Origin: the human T2T-CHM13v2.0 reference genome, Homo sapiens
DNA length: 64,000 bases
NCBI GenBank assembly: GCA_009914755.4
Contig: CP086569.2
Span: 7,424,001 to 7,488,000 of the forward strand
Reading direction: 5' to 3'
Under the pieces are notes generated by a model, which had not been told where the DNA came from, ran no database searches, and worked only from the letters and a program-made list of their open reading frames with translations. The position numbers and the translations under genes are program-made. Shown here piece by piece: positions 13,108 to 26,689 of this stretch (position 1 is its first letter; every line of letters starts with the position of its first letter).

Positions 13108-13398
13108 ACTTTTTTTTCTTTTTTTTTTGAGACAGAGTCTCCCTCCTTCGCCCAGGCTGGAGTGCAGTGGTGCAATTTCAGCTCACTGCAACCTCCACCT
13201 CCCTGATTAAAGTGATTCTCCTGCCTCAGCTTCCTGAATAGCTGGGACTACAGGCACATGCCACCATGCCTGGCTAATTTTTGTATTTTTAGTAGATACG
13301 GGTTTCACCATGTTGGCCAGGATGGTCTCGATCTCCTGACCTTGTGATCCATCTGCCTCTGCCTCTCCCTAAAGTTCTGGGATTACAGGCGTGAGCCA
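13108..13398 (-). mobile_element. Alu SINE, reverse orientation, tandem to the previous Alu
   Basis: ttttttttgagacagagtctccctccttcgcccaggctggagtgcagtggtgcaatttcagctcactgcaacctccacctcc...ctgggattacaggcgtgagcc. Confidence 0.9.
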
Positions 13399-13593
13399 AT
13401 GTACTATTTTAAGAAACAAATTTTAAAACAAAACCTAGGGGTACTTAAGAACCACCTGACATCAGATACTGTAGCTGTCATTTCCATATATCATGCAAGA
13501 AATTGACAGGACAAAAAAATCTGCAGCAATGATTCACTCTAAAACAAGCATTCAGCATCCTGGAGAAGTCTCCATTAATAAGAGTGACAAATG

Positions 13594-13888
13594 TAGGACT
13601 CATCAGGTAAGCAGAAAAGTATGCAATCTTTCCCCTGAAGGTACATTCAGGATATGCTGCTAGATAAACAAATCCAAAGGTAAGTCTCGTAAAGAATGCT
13701 AAGCCTCTCTGTATACCCCATGCATGGAAACCTGTCAAGGTAGGACTGGCCAGGTAAGCAGAAAAGTATGCAATCTTTCCCCTGAAGGGTATATTCAAGA
13801 TAGGCTGCTAGACAAACAAATCCAAAGGTAAGTCTGGTAAAGAATCCTGAGCCTCTCCATACTCGCCATGCATGGAGTCAAGGTGTCT
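13594..13888 (+). repeat. Local tandem duplication, 2 copies of a ~147-bp unit
   Basis: taggact(c/gg)..caggtaagcagaaaagtatgcaatctttcccctgaagg...caaatccaaaggtaagtct.gtaaagaat.ct.agcctctc occurs at 13594 and 13741. It explains the repeated FRGKIAYFSAYL peptide in artefact ORF 13478..13798. Confidence 0.85.
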
Positions 13889-13961
13889 CATAAGCAGCTT
13901 CTTGGATGCAGGCGAGAGGGACTACTGCTCTAAAGCTTGTTCTGAACACCAGGGTTTACAT

Positions 13962-14420
13962 CAAGGGTCCCCAAACCTGGGGCCACAGACTGGTATGGGG
14001 GTGCTGCACAGCAGGAGTTGAGTGAACATTACTACCTAAGCTCTGCCTCCTGTCAGATCAATAGCAGTATTAGATTCTCTTAGGAGCATGAACCCTAATG
14101 TGAACTGTGCATGCAAGGGACCTATGTTGCATGCTCCTTATGAGAATCTAATGCCTGATGATCTGTCATTGTCCTCCATAACCCCTAGATGGGACCATCT
14201 TGTTGCAGGAAAACAAGCTCAGGGCTCTCACTGATTCCACATTATGGTGAGTTGTATAATTATTTCAATACATATATAATGTAATAATAATATAAATAAA
14301 GTGTACAGTAAACGTAATGCACTTGAATCGTCCCAAAATCACCCCCACAACCCCATCTGTAGAAAAACTGCCTTCCATAAACCAGTCCCTAGTGCCAAAA
14401 AGGTTGGGGACCACTGGTTT
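13962..14420. mobile_element. Non-autonomous DNA transposon with terminal inverted repeats (hAT/MER-like)
   Basis: 5' end gggtccccaaacctggggccacagactggtatggg and 3' end ccagtccctagtgccaaaaaggttggggaccactgg are inverted complements. The internal atgctccttatgagaatctaatgcctgatgatctg segment matches a common primate DNA-transposon family. Confidence 0.5.
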
Positions 14421-14492
14421 AGAGCAAGTGTCCTCAAAATCCACACCCTTGTCCAGCAACACCTGAGAACTTGTTAGAAATGACAAACCTTG

Positions 14493-14808
<316 letters not shown>

Positions 14809-15226
14809 CTACCTTAGACTTACAGAATCAGAATCTGAGCCATTTGTGTCTCACAACCTCCCCAGGGAGTTTGACTGCGCCAAAGAGTTTCACTCCTGCA
14901 ATGGCCCTCCTCCACACACTCTCCTCTCCACAGGCAAGGAAACCTTTGCAGCCATAGGCCCAATCTGGAGGCCATGCAGACTTCTTCCTCAGTCTGCAGT
15001 GAGGCCGGATGGTGCCTATTTGTGTGCACTCCTAGGCCCAAGGCAGGGAAAAAACTAAGAGGAGGAAAGTGAGGATATAACTTACCACAAGTGCAAATTT
15101 TAAGGGAGCACCAAAAGCTCAATGATCAAGATGAATAAATATTCAATGTAATATTTTAAAAAATAAAAATCAATGTAAAACTTAATGATGAACAAAGTAT
15201 CAATACTTTTCATAAAGATAAGATCA

Positions 15227-15525
15227 GGCTGGGTGCCAGTGGCTCAGGACTGTAATCCCAGCACTTGTGGGTGTCCCAGACAGGAGGATTGCTTGAGCAC
15301 AGGAGTTTGAGACCAACCTGGGGAATATGGCAAAACTCCATCTGTACCAAAAAACACAAAAATTAGCTGGGCATAGTGGCATGTGCCTGAAGTCCCAGCT
15401 ACTAGGGAGGCTGAGATGGGAGGATCGCTTGAGCCTGGGGAGACCAAGGATGCAGTGACCTGAGATTGCACCACTGCACTCCAGCCTGGGGTAAGAGATT
15501 TACTAAATAAATAAATAATTAAAAG
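15227..15525 (+). mobile_element. Alu SINE
   Basis: ggctgggtgccagtggctcaggactgtaatcccagcacttgtgggtgtcc...gcaccactgcactccagcctggggtaagag plus (AAAT)n tail. Confidence 0.9.
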
Positions 15526-16136
15526 ATAGGATCACTGTTTTTTCCTTTCACTTCAAGCTCCAATATGACTCTCACGCTACTGTCACTGATCTTGTCTTTA
15601 TTGTAAAACGTTGCCTTATTCCCCTCACCCTAATCCTGGCCCATCCCAAGATCTCCTTTCGTCCTCTAGTTCCAGATCCTCCAAATGCTGGGTGTGGACC
15701 TTATGGAAACCAGGGGCATGTTTCATCTGCTGTCAACAGATTACAAGGCTGCTGAACCAAAAGGGCAAAACCACATGTAGCGGAGACACTGTTTTATTTG
15801 AAAAACTGAATGGACTTTAGGTAGGAGTGTAAGCCTTGATGGAGGGCAACTGCATGTTGTCAATCAAACCTAAAAATACTACCCAGCACCAAGATCCCCT
15901 CTTCTTTGATAAAACTATATACAAACAGCATCTGTGAGTCATCAAACATGAGCCCTCAAACTCAGCCAGTCTCTACAGTTCAATATTCTTTAAATGTTTC
16001 AAATCTTTCAAGCTCTTCAAGCTATAATAAAATGAACCTTTATTGAGAGATCGATAATTTATATACATGTTTCCTCTTATGCACCACACTAAAATAAAAA
16101 ATAAAAGTAGTTAATATGTTTAGAAGGCAGGGTTCT

Positions 16137-16430
16137 GGCTGGGGACGGTGGCTCACGCTTGTAATTGCAGCACTTTGGGAGGCCAAGGCAGGTGGATCAC
16201 TTGAGAGTGGGAGTTTGAGACCAGCCTGGCCCACATGGTGAAACCCTGTCTCTACCAAAAATTCAAAAATTAGCTGGGCATGTTGGTGTGCGCGTACAGT
16301 CCTAGTTACTCAGGGGGATGAAGTGGGATGATCACTTGAGTCCAGGAGGTTGAGGTTGCAGTGAGCCGAGATCATGCCACTGCAATCCAGCCTGGCAGAC
16401 AGAGTAAGACCTGTGTCTCAAGAAGAAAGC
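16137..16430 (+). mobile_element. Alu SINE
   Basis: ggctggggacggtggctcacgcttgtaattgcagcactttgggaggccaaggcaggtggatcacttgag...gccactgcaatccagcctggcagacagagtaagacctgtgtctcaagaag. Confidence 0.9.
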
Positions 16431-18099
16431 AGACAGAGTTCTGTACCAGTTGCTCTCCTCACTGCCTGGTAACCCCAGGTATGTGAACACTCAATTTCTT
16501 TGTATAAAATGGTGATAATAACATCAACGTGTCTTCCATCATAGAGTGGTTGTGAGGATCAAGTGGGATGACGTGTGTAATATACAGAGCACAAAACAAT
16601 CACGGGCAGTGGCGCTGGCCATGGTGAATTGGGGGACTACCCACCCGGGGATGGTGATGACAACAAGGTGTGGGACCATGAAATCCTTCCCCATTCCCAC
16701 CCACACCTCTTAACCTCCATGCTCCCAAGTCAGTGCACTAGAAATATTTTAGTGGTCAATCAACCACTTTATATTTAAATGCTCCCTGAATAAAACATAA
16801 AGCTTTAAAATTTTTATCTTATAATCTAAAAATGAATCTCTTGTCAAAACTAAGCAGTTTTGTGGCTTTAATCTTTGGTAAGCATGCTGTCAAAGTAAGT
16901 TTAGCTTCATGGTTAAAAGAAAAAAATAAAAATGTTCTCAATGATCTTAAAGCAATTAAAAAAAAGGCTCCTACTGCAAATATGATTAAAGGCCTTAATG
17001 TCTTGTTTCTATTTGAACCCTAACCTTAAAATACAAAAGAAAACATAGTTCTCATAAAGTGACCAATCCCTCAGTGTTACTCCTAGGCAAATAAACAAAG
17101 GAATGATTTCTCTATTTGGATAGACATACCAATTGCAGCCTGTTGGTCTGTTTCTCAACCTGCTTATCAGAGTAACCTCTCCACTATTTTGTTTTCTAAT
17201 AGTTGCCTGATTTCGTTTACAAATTATGTAACCATGGGCAAGCTATATATCTCCCTCTCCATCTCTTGGGACCCTCATTTACAAAATGAAGACTAAATGG
17301 TCAATTGCAAAAGGATATTTCAACCTTAAAGGAGCTTTCAACTTTAAAATGCAATAATTTTAATGTTTCAATTTGGAGGCTAAGGTACCAGTTTCTAACT
17401 AAAAAGTAACATTGGATAATATAACAAATGTTTTCAATGTTAACTGAAAGAGTTCCCCAAAATCAGAGCTAAAGTTGGAATAAGGAACACCCACATGGCA
17501 TGTGTAGGTTGCTGGAGCAAGGAACAAAAGGCTAGAAGATATCCGCTTCCAGTGGGCAGGAGAAACACCACTGCTGCCTGAGGGTTCCAGCCTTCTGCCT
17601 GCCCAGGCACTAGGGATTCTGGGCTAAGTGTTCCCCAAGGGAGTGTGGAGAGCTGTTCTGGGGAGTTCTAGGGAAGAGATGCCTGTCCAGTGGTGGGAGA
17701 GAAAACTAATGTTTTAACTATTGCTGAGGATAATGGGTCCCCTTCATCCTAGAGGAGAGCTACAAGGAAAAGGCATGAGTTATTCTGAAGTTACTTTGGC
17801 TTCCTGGCCTTTGACCAGGACCTGACTCTAAGGCTGAACCACATGAACTGTCTCATCATAAGTTAAAATTTCTAATTATAACTTCATAGTGTGAAGATGA
17901 GGTACACTGGTGAGGCTGTCTTATCCACCTTTACCCTTCAGAAAGAGAAAACACCAGCCTATTCAGAGTGGGCAGACGCTGTGAGGGCTGATCACACTTT
18001 TTTCTCCACTTTCTACTCTGTCATGTTCTGTACTCTTAATTTACAGTGACCACACTCACCTCATCTGGGAAGGACACCCACGTGCTCCCACAATACCAT

Positions 18100-18266
18100 A
18101 ATCTTGGCTCACTGCAACCTCTGCCTCCTGGATTCCAGTGATCCTCCCACCTCAGCCTCCTGAGCAGCTGGGACTACAGGTGTGCACCAACATGCTTAGC
18201 TAATTCTTGTACTTTTAGTAGAGATCAGGTTTCATCACATTGGCCAGGCTGGTCTTGAACTCCTGC
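18100..18266 (-). mobile_element. 5'-truncated Alu fragment, reverse orientation
   Basis: aatcttggctcactgcaacctctgcctcctggattccagtgatcctcccacctcagcctcctgagcagctgggactacaggtgtgcaccaacatgc...ggtttcatcacattggccaggctggtcttgaactcctg. Confidence 0.85.
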
Positions 18267-19556
18267 TCATCTTCATCCCGAACCAGGGCTTTGTCGTGCT
18301 GCAGTGCAAAGGTCAGCTCTCTCTTGGCTTCTCCCTGACTTGGGCAGGGGCAGAGTCTCATCTCCTTATGAGACAGAGGGCTTGATGTGGATCCCAAGGC
18401 CAGTAACAGAGACATCCATGGGCCAGGGAAATAAAGTAAACAAGAGATACGAGCCAGGGGAAAAGCAATGAACATCGCGGCCTCATCTTGCCCAAGGGGG
18501 CAGCATTTTGCCCTTCTTGCCTGGTTACTGCTAAAGGGGAAGTGGGCCCAATGGTGCCAGAGCTTCTAACTCTTACTTTCAATAAGTCAGAAATCTTAAT
18601 CCTCCTAATCTTTAAATGTGGCAAGTAATTATAATTTTATTTTCAATCCCATATGGCCAAAGCCAAGACCTGTCAGGTTGCAGAGTATGGATGGGGCATT
18701 TGATAAAAGTAGGGCACGGATGTCTGCCCTCCTTCCTATCTCTGACCCTGGCACTGTCCAGGCGCAGTGTGACCATCAGTCATGCAGGGTGGAGGATGAC
18801 ATTCTGTTCATTCCCACACCAACACAAGGTACATCAAAGGCTTCAAGGACAAATCTGCAGGTATTTGATACTGGCCTCTATTTCCTAATTCTTTTTTTTT
18901 TTCTATATTGGCATTGAGACAAACACAAAGTTTAGAACCACATGATTACATTTTGAATCTTTTGGAATTTTTTGTTGTTGTTGTTCTGGACAGTATTACC
19001 AATAATCAGCTTTTCTAAAATCAAAATACAGAAACTACTGCTGAAAAGCTGTTTTGGGTGGTATGAGAGTCCAAACATCTTTTTAAATAAGTGTTTTGTT
19101 TTCCTTTCAGAAAATAACTCCATATAAATAAATAAACCATTATTCCAAGAGGTAAAAAAAAGGAAAAGAAAGGAATGAAAATAGAGAAAAAAAAATCCAC
19201 AAAACCACACATTTCTTAACACTCCTGGGATAAAGGAAATTTTGTTTTTGCTATGGCTATGTTTTGTTTAGGAAAAACATTCTGCAGCCCTATTTATTCC
19301 CTTGAAATAAAGCCCTTCAGACATTTGCAAAGGGCCAAAGTGAGGTCTTTGCTATTTCAGACTTTATTATTGGGAAAGTATCAGCCTCCAACACAAGAAA
19401 GAAACCACTGCATACAGCAACTACATATTTCACTCGGCTCTATAAAGCAGGAAACAGCAGGCTGAAATGCAAAAGTTACTATTATTTTGCCTGGAAATAA
19501 TTTCTGACTTTAACTTAATCATTCAACGTCTGACTTTGCTTTTCTAATTACATCAG

Positions 19557-19613
19557 CTGATGGATCTGTCAATATCAAGGAGCGCAATGTGAGAAAGACA
19601 CCATCTCCCTCAG
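19557..19613 (+). CDS. Candidate 57-nt cassette micro-exon (unidentified gene, plus strand)
   Basis: Acceptor ttgcttttctaattacatcag|CTGATGG with a pyrimidine tract. Perfect donor CCCTCAG|gtaagt at 19611-19619. Exactly 57 nt, open in one frame: (x)DGSVNIKERNVRKTPSPS. No supporting homology recognised. Confidence 0.25.
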
Positions 19614-20599
19614 GTAAGTTCGCTCACAGGTGAAGCTAATAATGACACTGCTCAACCAAATCTCTTTCTTTTTTTAAAAAAAGTTACTTCAAGACTGCTA
19701 GTGCTATAACATCAATGTGCCTGGGCTTTGCAGTAGATCCAATTTAGCAAAACATTAAAATCAATCACTTTTCAATGCAGGACTTTTTATTGTATAGGTA
19801 AGAAATGGGAGTCCAATTTTTAAAACAATGCTTGCAGAAGACAAAGCCTATTTCTTCCACATGTGTCATTTCTAAATCTGTGGAATAAGTGAGAATGTTT
19901 ATTCTAGGCCTCTAAAAATTTAGACTTCTGTCATCTTTTCATTAAACAAATTCATGTTTCTGAAACTTAAAAAAAAAATAAAACACATACATATCCAGGC
20001 TTAGGAGACCACACCATTAAAACACTATTTTTAAAATTTGAAGTAAAGTTTCCATAATATAAAATTAATCATTTTAAAGTGAACAATTTGGTGGCATTTA
20101 GTACACTCATGATGTTGCAAAACCATCAACTCCATGTGTAGGTTCTAGAACATTTTCATCAACCCAAAAGGAAACCCCACATCCATTAAGCAATTACTCT
20201 TTCCATTCCCCTCTCTCCCCCAGCCCTAGCAACCACCAATATGCTTTCACAAAAAACTATTCTTTTTAAAAATTCTATTTTAATTGATTTTTTGTGTACA
20301 TTTAAGGTGTACAACCTGATGCTTTGATGTACACATACTTAGTCAAATGATTACTACACTCAAGAAAGCCAACATAACAATCACATCACAAAGTTAGTTT
20401 TCTTTTTTGTGTGTGGGAAGAGTACCTAAAATCTATTCTCTTAGCAGATTTCCAGTATATAATATTATTAGCTATATTCCCCATGTTGTACATTAGATCA
20501 GTCCCCATGATGTGTATTAGATCTCTAGATTGACTTATCATACATAACTGCAACTTTGTACCTTTCACCTACATCTCCCCATCTCCCTGACCACCGCCC

Positions 20600-21330
20600 C
20601 CCAAACTACAGTTCTACTCTCTGTTTCTGTGTATTTGATTTTTAGTTTGATTGCACATAATATGTGAGATTATGTAGTATTTTTCCTTCTGTGTCTGGCT
20701 TATTTCACTTAGCAGAATGTCCTCTAGGTTCACCCATGCTATTGAAAATGGAGGATCACCTTCTTTTTTAAAGCTGAATAATATTCCATTGTGTATATAT
20801 ACCACAGTTTATTTATCCAATCATCTATTGATGGACATGTAGATTGTTTCCATATACTGGCTATTATGAATAATGCTGCAAATAAGATGGAGTGCAGATA
20901 TCCCTTTAACATACTGATTTCATTTCCTTTGGAGAAATACCCAGTAATGGGGTTGCTAGATCATATGGTATTTCTATTTTTCCTTTTTGATGAATCTCCA
21001 TATTGTCTTCCATAATGACTGTACTAGTTTACATTCCCACCAACCATGTGCAAGGTTTCTCTTATTCTCCACATTCTCACCAGCACTTGTTATCTCTTGT
21101 ATTTTTTATAGTAGCCATCCTAATACATGTTAACTCATATCTCACTATGGTTTTGATTTGCATTTCCCTGATAATCAGTTAGTTAATAAGCATTCTTTCC
21201 TACATGTGTGGGCCACTCTTATATCTCCTTTGGTGATATGTCTATTCAGGCCATCTGCCCATTTTTCAAGTTGTGTTATTTGTGGTTTTCCTATTGAGCT
21301 GAATGAGTTCTGAAACACTGTTCTTAATAA
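20600..21330 (-). mobile_element. Ancient L1 (L1M/L1P-type) fragment covering the ORF2 3' end, antisense
   Basis: Antisense-L1 signature blocks: ccattgtgtatatataccacagtttatttatccaatcatctattgatggacat..., ctggctattatgaataatgctgcaaataa..., aatacccagtaatggggttgctagatcatatggtatttctatttttcc..., tttacattcccaccaaccatgtgcaaggtttctcttattctccacattctcaccagcacttgtta..., ctcactatggttttgatttgcatttccctgat. Confidence 0.75.
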
Positions 21331-21595
21331 TTTAATTAAACCATGGATGAACACACAGTGGAATCTCAGTAAGATTAAAATAATTTCTTTAAGCTTATAT
21401 AAACCTAAGATTCTGCAGGTCAGTCAGAGAGTAACTGGCAAAGCAACAGATGCCTGATCAAATGAATTAAGTTGCAGGCTGTCGGACCACAAATGACTGT
21501 TAAACATCAGACTGCCATGACAATGGGAGAGGGGGAAAGGTAAATTGTTATTGCTTTGCTTGTCATTTCAGAGAATCACACATAGTCAGTAAATT

Positions 21596-21628
21596 ACACA
21601 CACACACACATGCACACACACACACACC
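21596..21628. repeat. (CA)n microsatellite
   Basis: acacacacacacatgcacacacacacacacc. Confidence 0.9.
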
Positions 21629-24600
21629 CCACTGTGCTGTAAAAATTCAGTGTCCAGGTATTTGTAATGAGACTGCCTCAATAATTTCTATTGACTGTAT
21701 CTATTAATAAAACTCAGAAGATGGCATTATTGCTCACCTCACCAGTCCATTTTGTCAGAGAAGACACAGATTAAGATATATCAAGAACCCTTTTTAAGAA
21801 ACACCAAGTGCCCTGATGCTTAGATTTAGTAGTGGGTACTCAAATATTAAAAGCAACCAGCTAGAAATGGAACCTGGAGTATTAATAAAGTATTTCATAC
21901 ATTTAAAAGTACTTCTGTCAGAGAAGACACAAAGGATCACCAGTTATTCAGAACTGGTAACCAAACTCACCCATACCAAATCCAAGAGGAGCTTTTTGTG
22001 ACTCAGAAGAAAGGATATTGTGAATGTTTTAAGCCATTTTCCTAAGGAGTATGATAGCTGACATTCTTGGTAGTTCTTCTCATTTTGAGAGTACATTGCA
22101 CTGATGGCATCAAAGACAGCCATTAATGAATATGTACAAATAATATAAAAATTAAACTACTGTATTTACAATGCAAAATGATTTGTCATATAAATCCTGT
22201 CCGGATTTTCAATTATAAAGTCTCAAGACTTAATTTCTTCATGTCCTTATGGGTTTTTTCCAGGCACTCCAGCTTCCTGCCACATCCCAAAGGTGTCCAC
22301 GTTAGGTTAACAGGCATGTCTACATTGTCCCAGTCTGAGGGAGTGTGAGAGTGTGTGAGAGACTACTCCTGCAATTGAATGACATCCTGTCCAGGGCTGG
22401 TGCCTGCCTTGCATCCTAACCTTCTGGCACAGCCTCCAGCCATCCAAGAAGCTGAACTGGAATACATCAGTTGGAAAATGAATGAAGGAATGAATACAAA
22501 TAATTGTAAAATAAAAATGTGTACAGTCCATGATAATCACACAGATGCGCAACCATTAACAATGTGGGATGAAAGCACCTGGTGAGCCCACCGGATTTGT
22601 TATTGTTTTTTAACTTCCTGGTGGGGGGAAGTGCTTCTTACGAATTTCACTTTGTAAACATTTATTCCCTGATTTCACCCACTACCGCTACAACCACTAT
22701 CACTCACTGTTTTACAAAAAATTGGGCAAGTCATTATCTTATTTGTTTTTATTAATCTTTCTTTACTGTATGTACAGCTCACATTTATTTCCATGTTTAG
22801 TATTAGAAATATTTTGGCCTTTATGGAGAAGTTTGGTAATGTTTTTGTGAACAGAAATATGCCATAGGAATTTAAGTCTTGATTTTCTCAATTAGCCTAT
22901 GGTAAAATTGGTTTCATGATACATTGTTTCATTTACAGTTGCAGTTTCCAAGAACCTACTGACAATGTTAAGTGAGGACTTACTATGCAGAAATAAACAG
23001 TACCAAAAACAATGCTGCTGCAGCCAAGCTCTTAGAGAAAACATATAAGAAAAATAATGCGTCTTTAAAGGCACTTTTGAGGAGTCTCAGTTTCAACTAA
23101 GAGTATGATTGCTCTGATATCTTCTCAGAAAAGTGTCTTGAAGGCACAGGATCCCACTAAAGGAGAACCTTTGATGGGTATCAGGTGCTGAGTCTGCAAA
23201 CACTCTCTGACCCACAGTGATTATAAATATCCAGTATAAGCCAGACATGCTTAATTTCAGGGTACGATGAAAGAAAATAACCAAAGTAAATATTTGAAAA
23301 GCAAATTCAACTTTTCAGTTTAAATTTTAAAAATGTTATTCAAAGACATTTATAAAGAGAGAGTGACATAATTAAGGAAAGCAAAATGCAAATAACATGT
23401 TACTGACCTTCTCCATGTCCCAGGACTTCCTGCCCACAGTGCAGAAATAGAAGGCAGAGGACAGAAGTCTAAGGTAGAGGTGAACAAGGCATTATGCCAG
23501 AACTCTCTGAGGAATATGAGCTCCATCTGATCTGTGCTTCCTTGGATGAAAAGGCTGCCACTGTAACCAGGTCTCCTTAGTCACCTCTCTGCTTTCCTAA
23601 TGAGAATCATTTCCATAGTTCCTAATAGTTTCTATCACGATGCTTTTCTAAAATCCCACTCTTATATATCTTTACAGGGGCAATTGCCAAATTGCCCCAC
23701 ATTGCTCTTATCAATTCATAATCCATCTATGGAATGAGACCATGCCATATTGACTTCTCAGCAAAGTGGCAGCTGCTGAGCACAACTGCATCAGGATCAC
23801 CTGGGGGTGGGAAGAATGTGTTCACATTAGGAATGAGCATCCCAGGCTGTACCACAGACCTACTCAATCAGACCAGCATTTCAACAACCATGCTTATTGA
23901 CTTGTTTGCTCACTCAAGTCTGAAGATGATTCTGTGAGAGGCAGTCTAGAGCCATGTTTAAAAAAAAAAAAAACACTGTGAAGCCAAGGGTGAGCTCACT
24001 GAGAAACAGTTCCCAATCAATTCATAAGGTCTGCAAGGTGGCAGGAGTGGGAGAATCAGGGTAGATGGATATTTAAGACACCAATCTTTCCTTCTCCTCC
24101 CCTCCTCATTCCCAGACTGCCTAGAGAACTCCTACTCATCCTTCATAACTCTTTCTAGAAGAGACTTCTTCAACCCACAAGCCAAGGCCTCCCTCCTTGT
24201 GTCAAGGCACTATCTAGATCTAGTACTCACTATCACAGTTTTCTAGAATGTCTTTCAGTGAAGCCAGGGACTTTTTCTTGTTCATTTTGTTCTCCTCACA
24301 ACTAGTTTTTTGCCTAGTACATAACTAGAAGTCAATAAATCCTTATCAAATTAATACATGATTGAGAAAACAAAAACAAAGGATAGAGCAAATACAGAAC
24401 CAGTTACTAAGAAGGACAAGACAGCAAAACCCAGCCTCCTACTCTCCACCATGCTGTCTCCCATAAAGATCTCAGGTCTTCCAAGGGTAAGGAAAAAAAA
24501 GCTGATAAATGAGGACTGGTGGCCAGCAACCTCCTCACTGCAGCCAGGCTTTATATCTAGGCCATAAACACCTCCTTGCTCACAGGAGCTAGACCCTGTG

Positions 24601-26689
24601 ATCAGCAAACAGCTGCAACAACAGCAGCGTGTGGCCTGCCCAGCTTGTTTAGGTGGTGTGTGTTTGTTAGAAAAACTTGCTCTGTGGTGTTTCTTTATAA
24701 CGACTACTTGGAGAAATGATGTTATTTTTAGGGGGTGGGGAATATCAAAGAGGCTTATTTGGCAAAAGCCACAATCTGCTCACTTCCACTTTGTGTGAGT
24801 ATGTGAAAATCCTCACTCTAGTAGCCAGGAGTTTTCAAATCCACTGGGAAGAGACTCCAAAAACAGGTTGGTGGCAGGAAAACACAACCCTAGGATGACA
24901 AGTGTGCAAATTAACACTGAAACCATGCAAATGACCAGTGCTGACAGATGAAAACACTGAGGTCAGCTATATGTAAGGATTAAGAAAATTCTAAATAGGG
25001 AAGCATTCTGCCCACAAATGTCATTATGAGAGGACATTAACACCAGTCTTTTATGGTTCTCAAAGCCCAGTATATTGGTGTTGGGGGTGTAGTTGTCTGC
25101 AGTGTTCAAAGGACAGTGGCACTGAAAACTTAGGACTCAGAGCCGCTCTCCTCTTAACTCTTAAAGCTCTCAGATAATCAACTAGTAGAGTCAAAATAAA
25201 CTAATTGCGGACTACTAATGCACATGGCAAAAACTCAACGGATATGCTAGTCAACAAATTCTTCATCTGCTGTTCTGTCAAGATGATAATGAAACATCAG
25301 ACAATCTGTGAGAACATGATGCCAAGAGGAAGAAATACAAATTGGGCTCCTATATTCCTTATGAAAATTAGAAGATTCTAAACTAATCAATTAGCTTTAC
25401 ATCCCCCACCACCTCCCCCAATCTCTGCATAATCATTTCACTTCATGAAATTTCTTAGGAATCCACTTACTATTCTGTGATCATAGACAGCAAATGAAAA
25501 TTAAGTTCTCTGTAGAACAGGAGAAACTTTGCATTGTAATGTAAAACGAGCTGATTAAGGGCACTTAATCCAAGAACAGCTAATTCTTAAGACCTCAAAG
25601 CAGAGTGGATTAAACATAAGGAAGGACGTATGCAGCCCGCTTCTGATCACACAGAAGAATGGATTCTGAGACTTGACAGGCTGCCTTATTAACAATTACA
25701 GTAACTAGGACTGTTCTTTTCAAAAGAATGCCTTGCAAGTTAGAATAAATACCCCATCTTTGGATATCTGAGGTAGAAAGAATACCCCTTCTTTTAGAAA
25801 ATAAGTTACTCTGGGCTTTGGGAGCATCCTGAAAGAAGAGAGGAAGCTCAAGGAGAATGGTTTATCTTTCTGAATGGTTTGTCTTTCTAATTTCATCTCA
25901 CTCAACTCCTTACATATTGGAAGGTGATTGCAAACTCTGGTATGTTAGGAATAAATTTCTATTAAAAAGCAATAAACACCCTCCACTGACCAAACTCTTA
26001 GAAAAGGATTACAGAACCACTTTCCACTTTGAAAAATTCCTGAGGTCGCCCCTAAGAACTTTTGTTTATGTGGGTTACATCTATTTATATTCATCAAATT
26101 AGAACACTTAAAACTAAGACATTTTAAAAATAAGAATATCCAAGCACACATGTTAATTAGTGATGATGCCATTATGTGTCATGTAACCAATGGAAAACTC
26201 CATTGCACACTTGTCAGAGGAGAAGAGTGAAAAAGGCGAACAAAGATCTTAGTATCATTTTGAAAATATTTGGGACCTCCCAGGGGTCCCCAGATCACAC
26301 TCTGAGAACCACTGGACTAGAGTCATGTCTGGTTGACACAGAAGTGTGTTAGAGTTCTAGAGATGTAACTCTTTCAAGAACTACTTCTGTCATAAAAAGA
26401 AACATTCTGTTTATTACATGTCAGTAAAAAGTTTTTTTTTAAATAATAGATGCCAGCACTATAAGAACTTTAATAAGTATATGTAAAGCTTTCTGGTAGC
26501 TGGCAGGAAAACTGGCTCTTTAATCTTTTACAGTTCACCACATTTGTTTTACAGCCTCTGCAAGTACAGATGAGTCACTGCTTCTACACCGAGCTGTGCA
26601 GTGTTTCTACCAAGGGCCAGGCCTGTCTGGGTAAATCCATTCCCTTCAGCAAACACTGCAGGCAGGCAAGTCACCTTAAGAAGCAGTTT

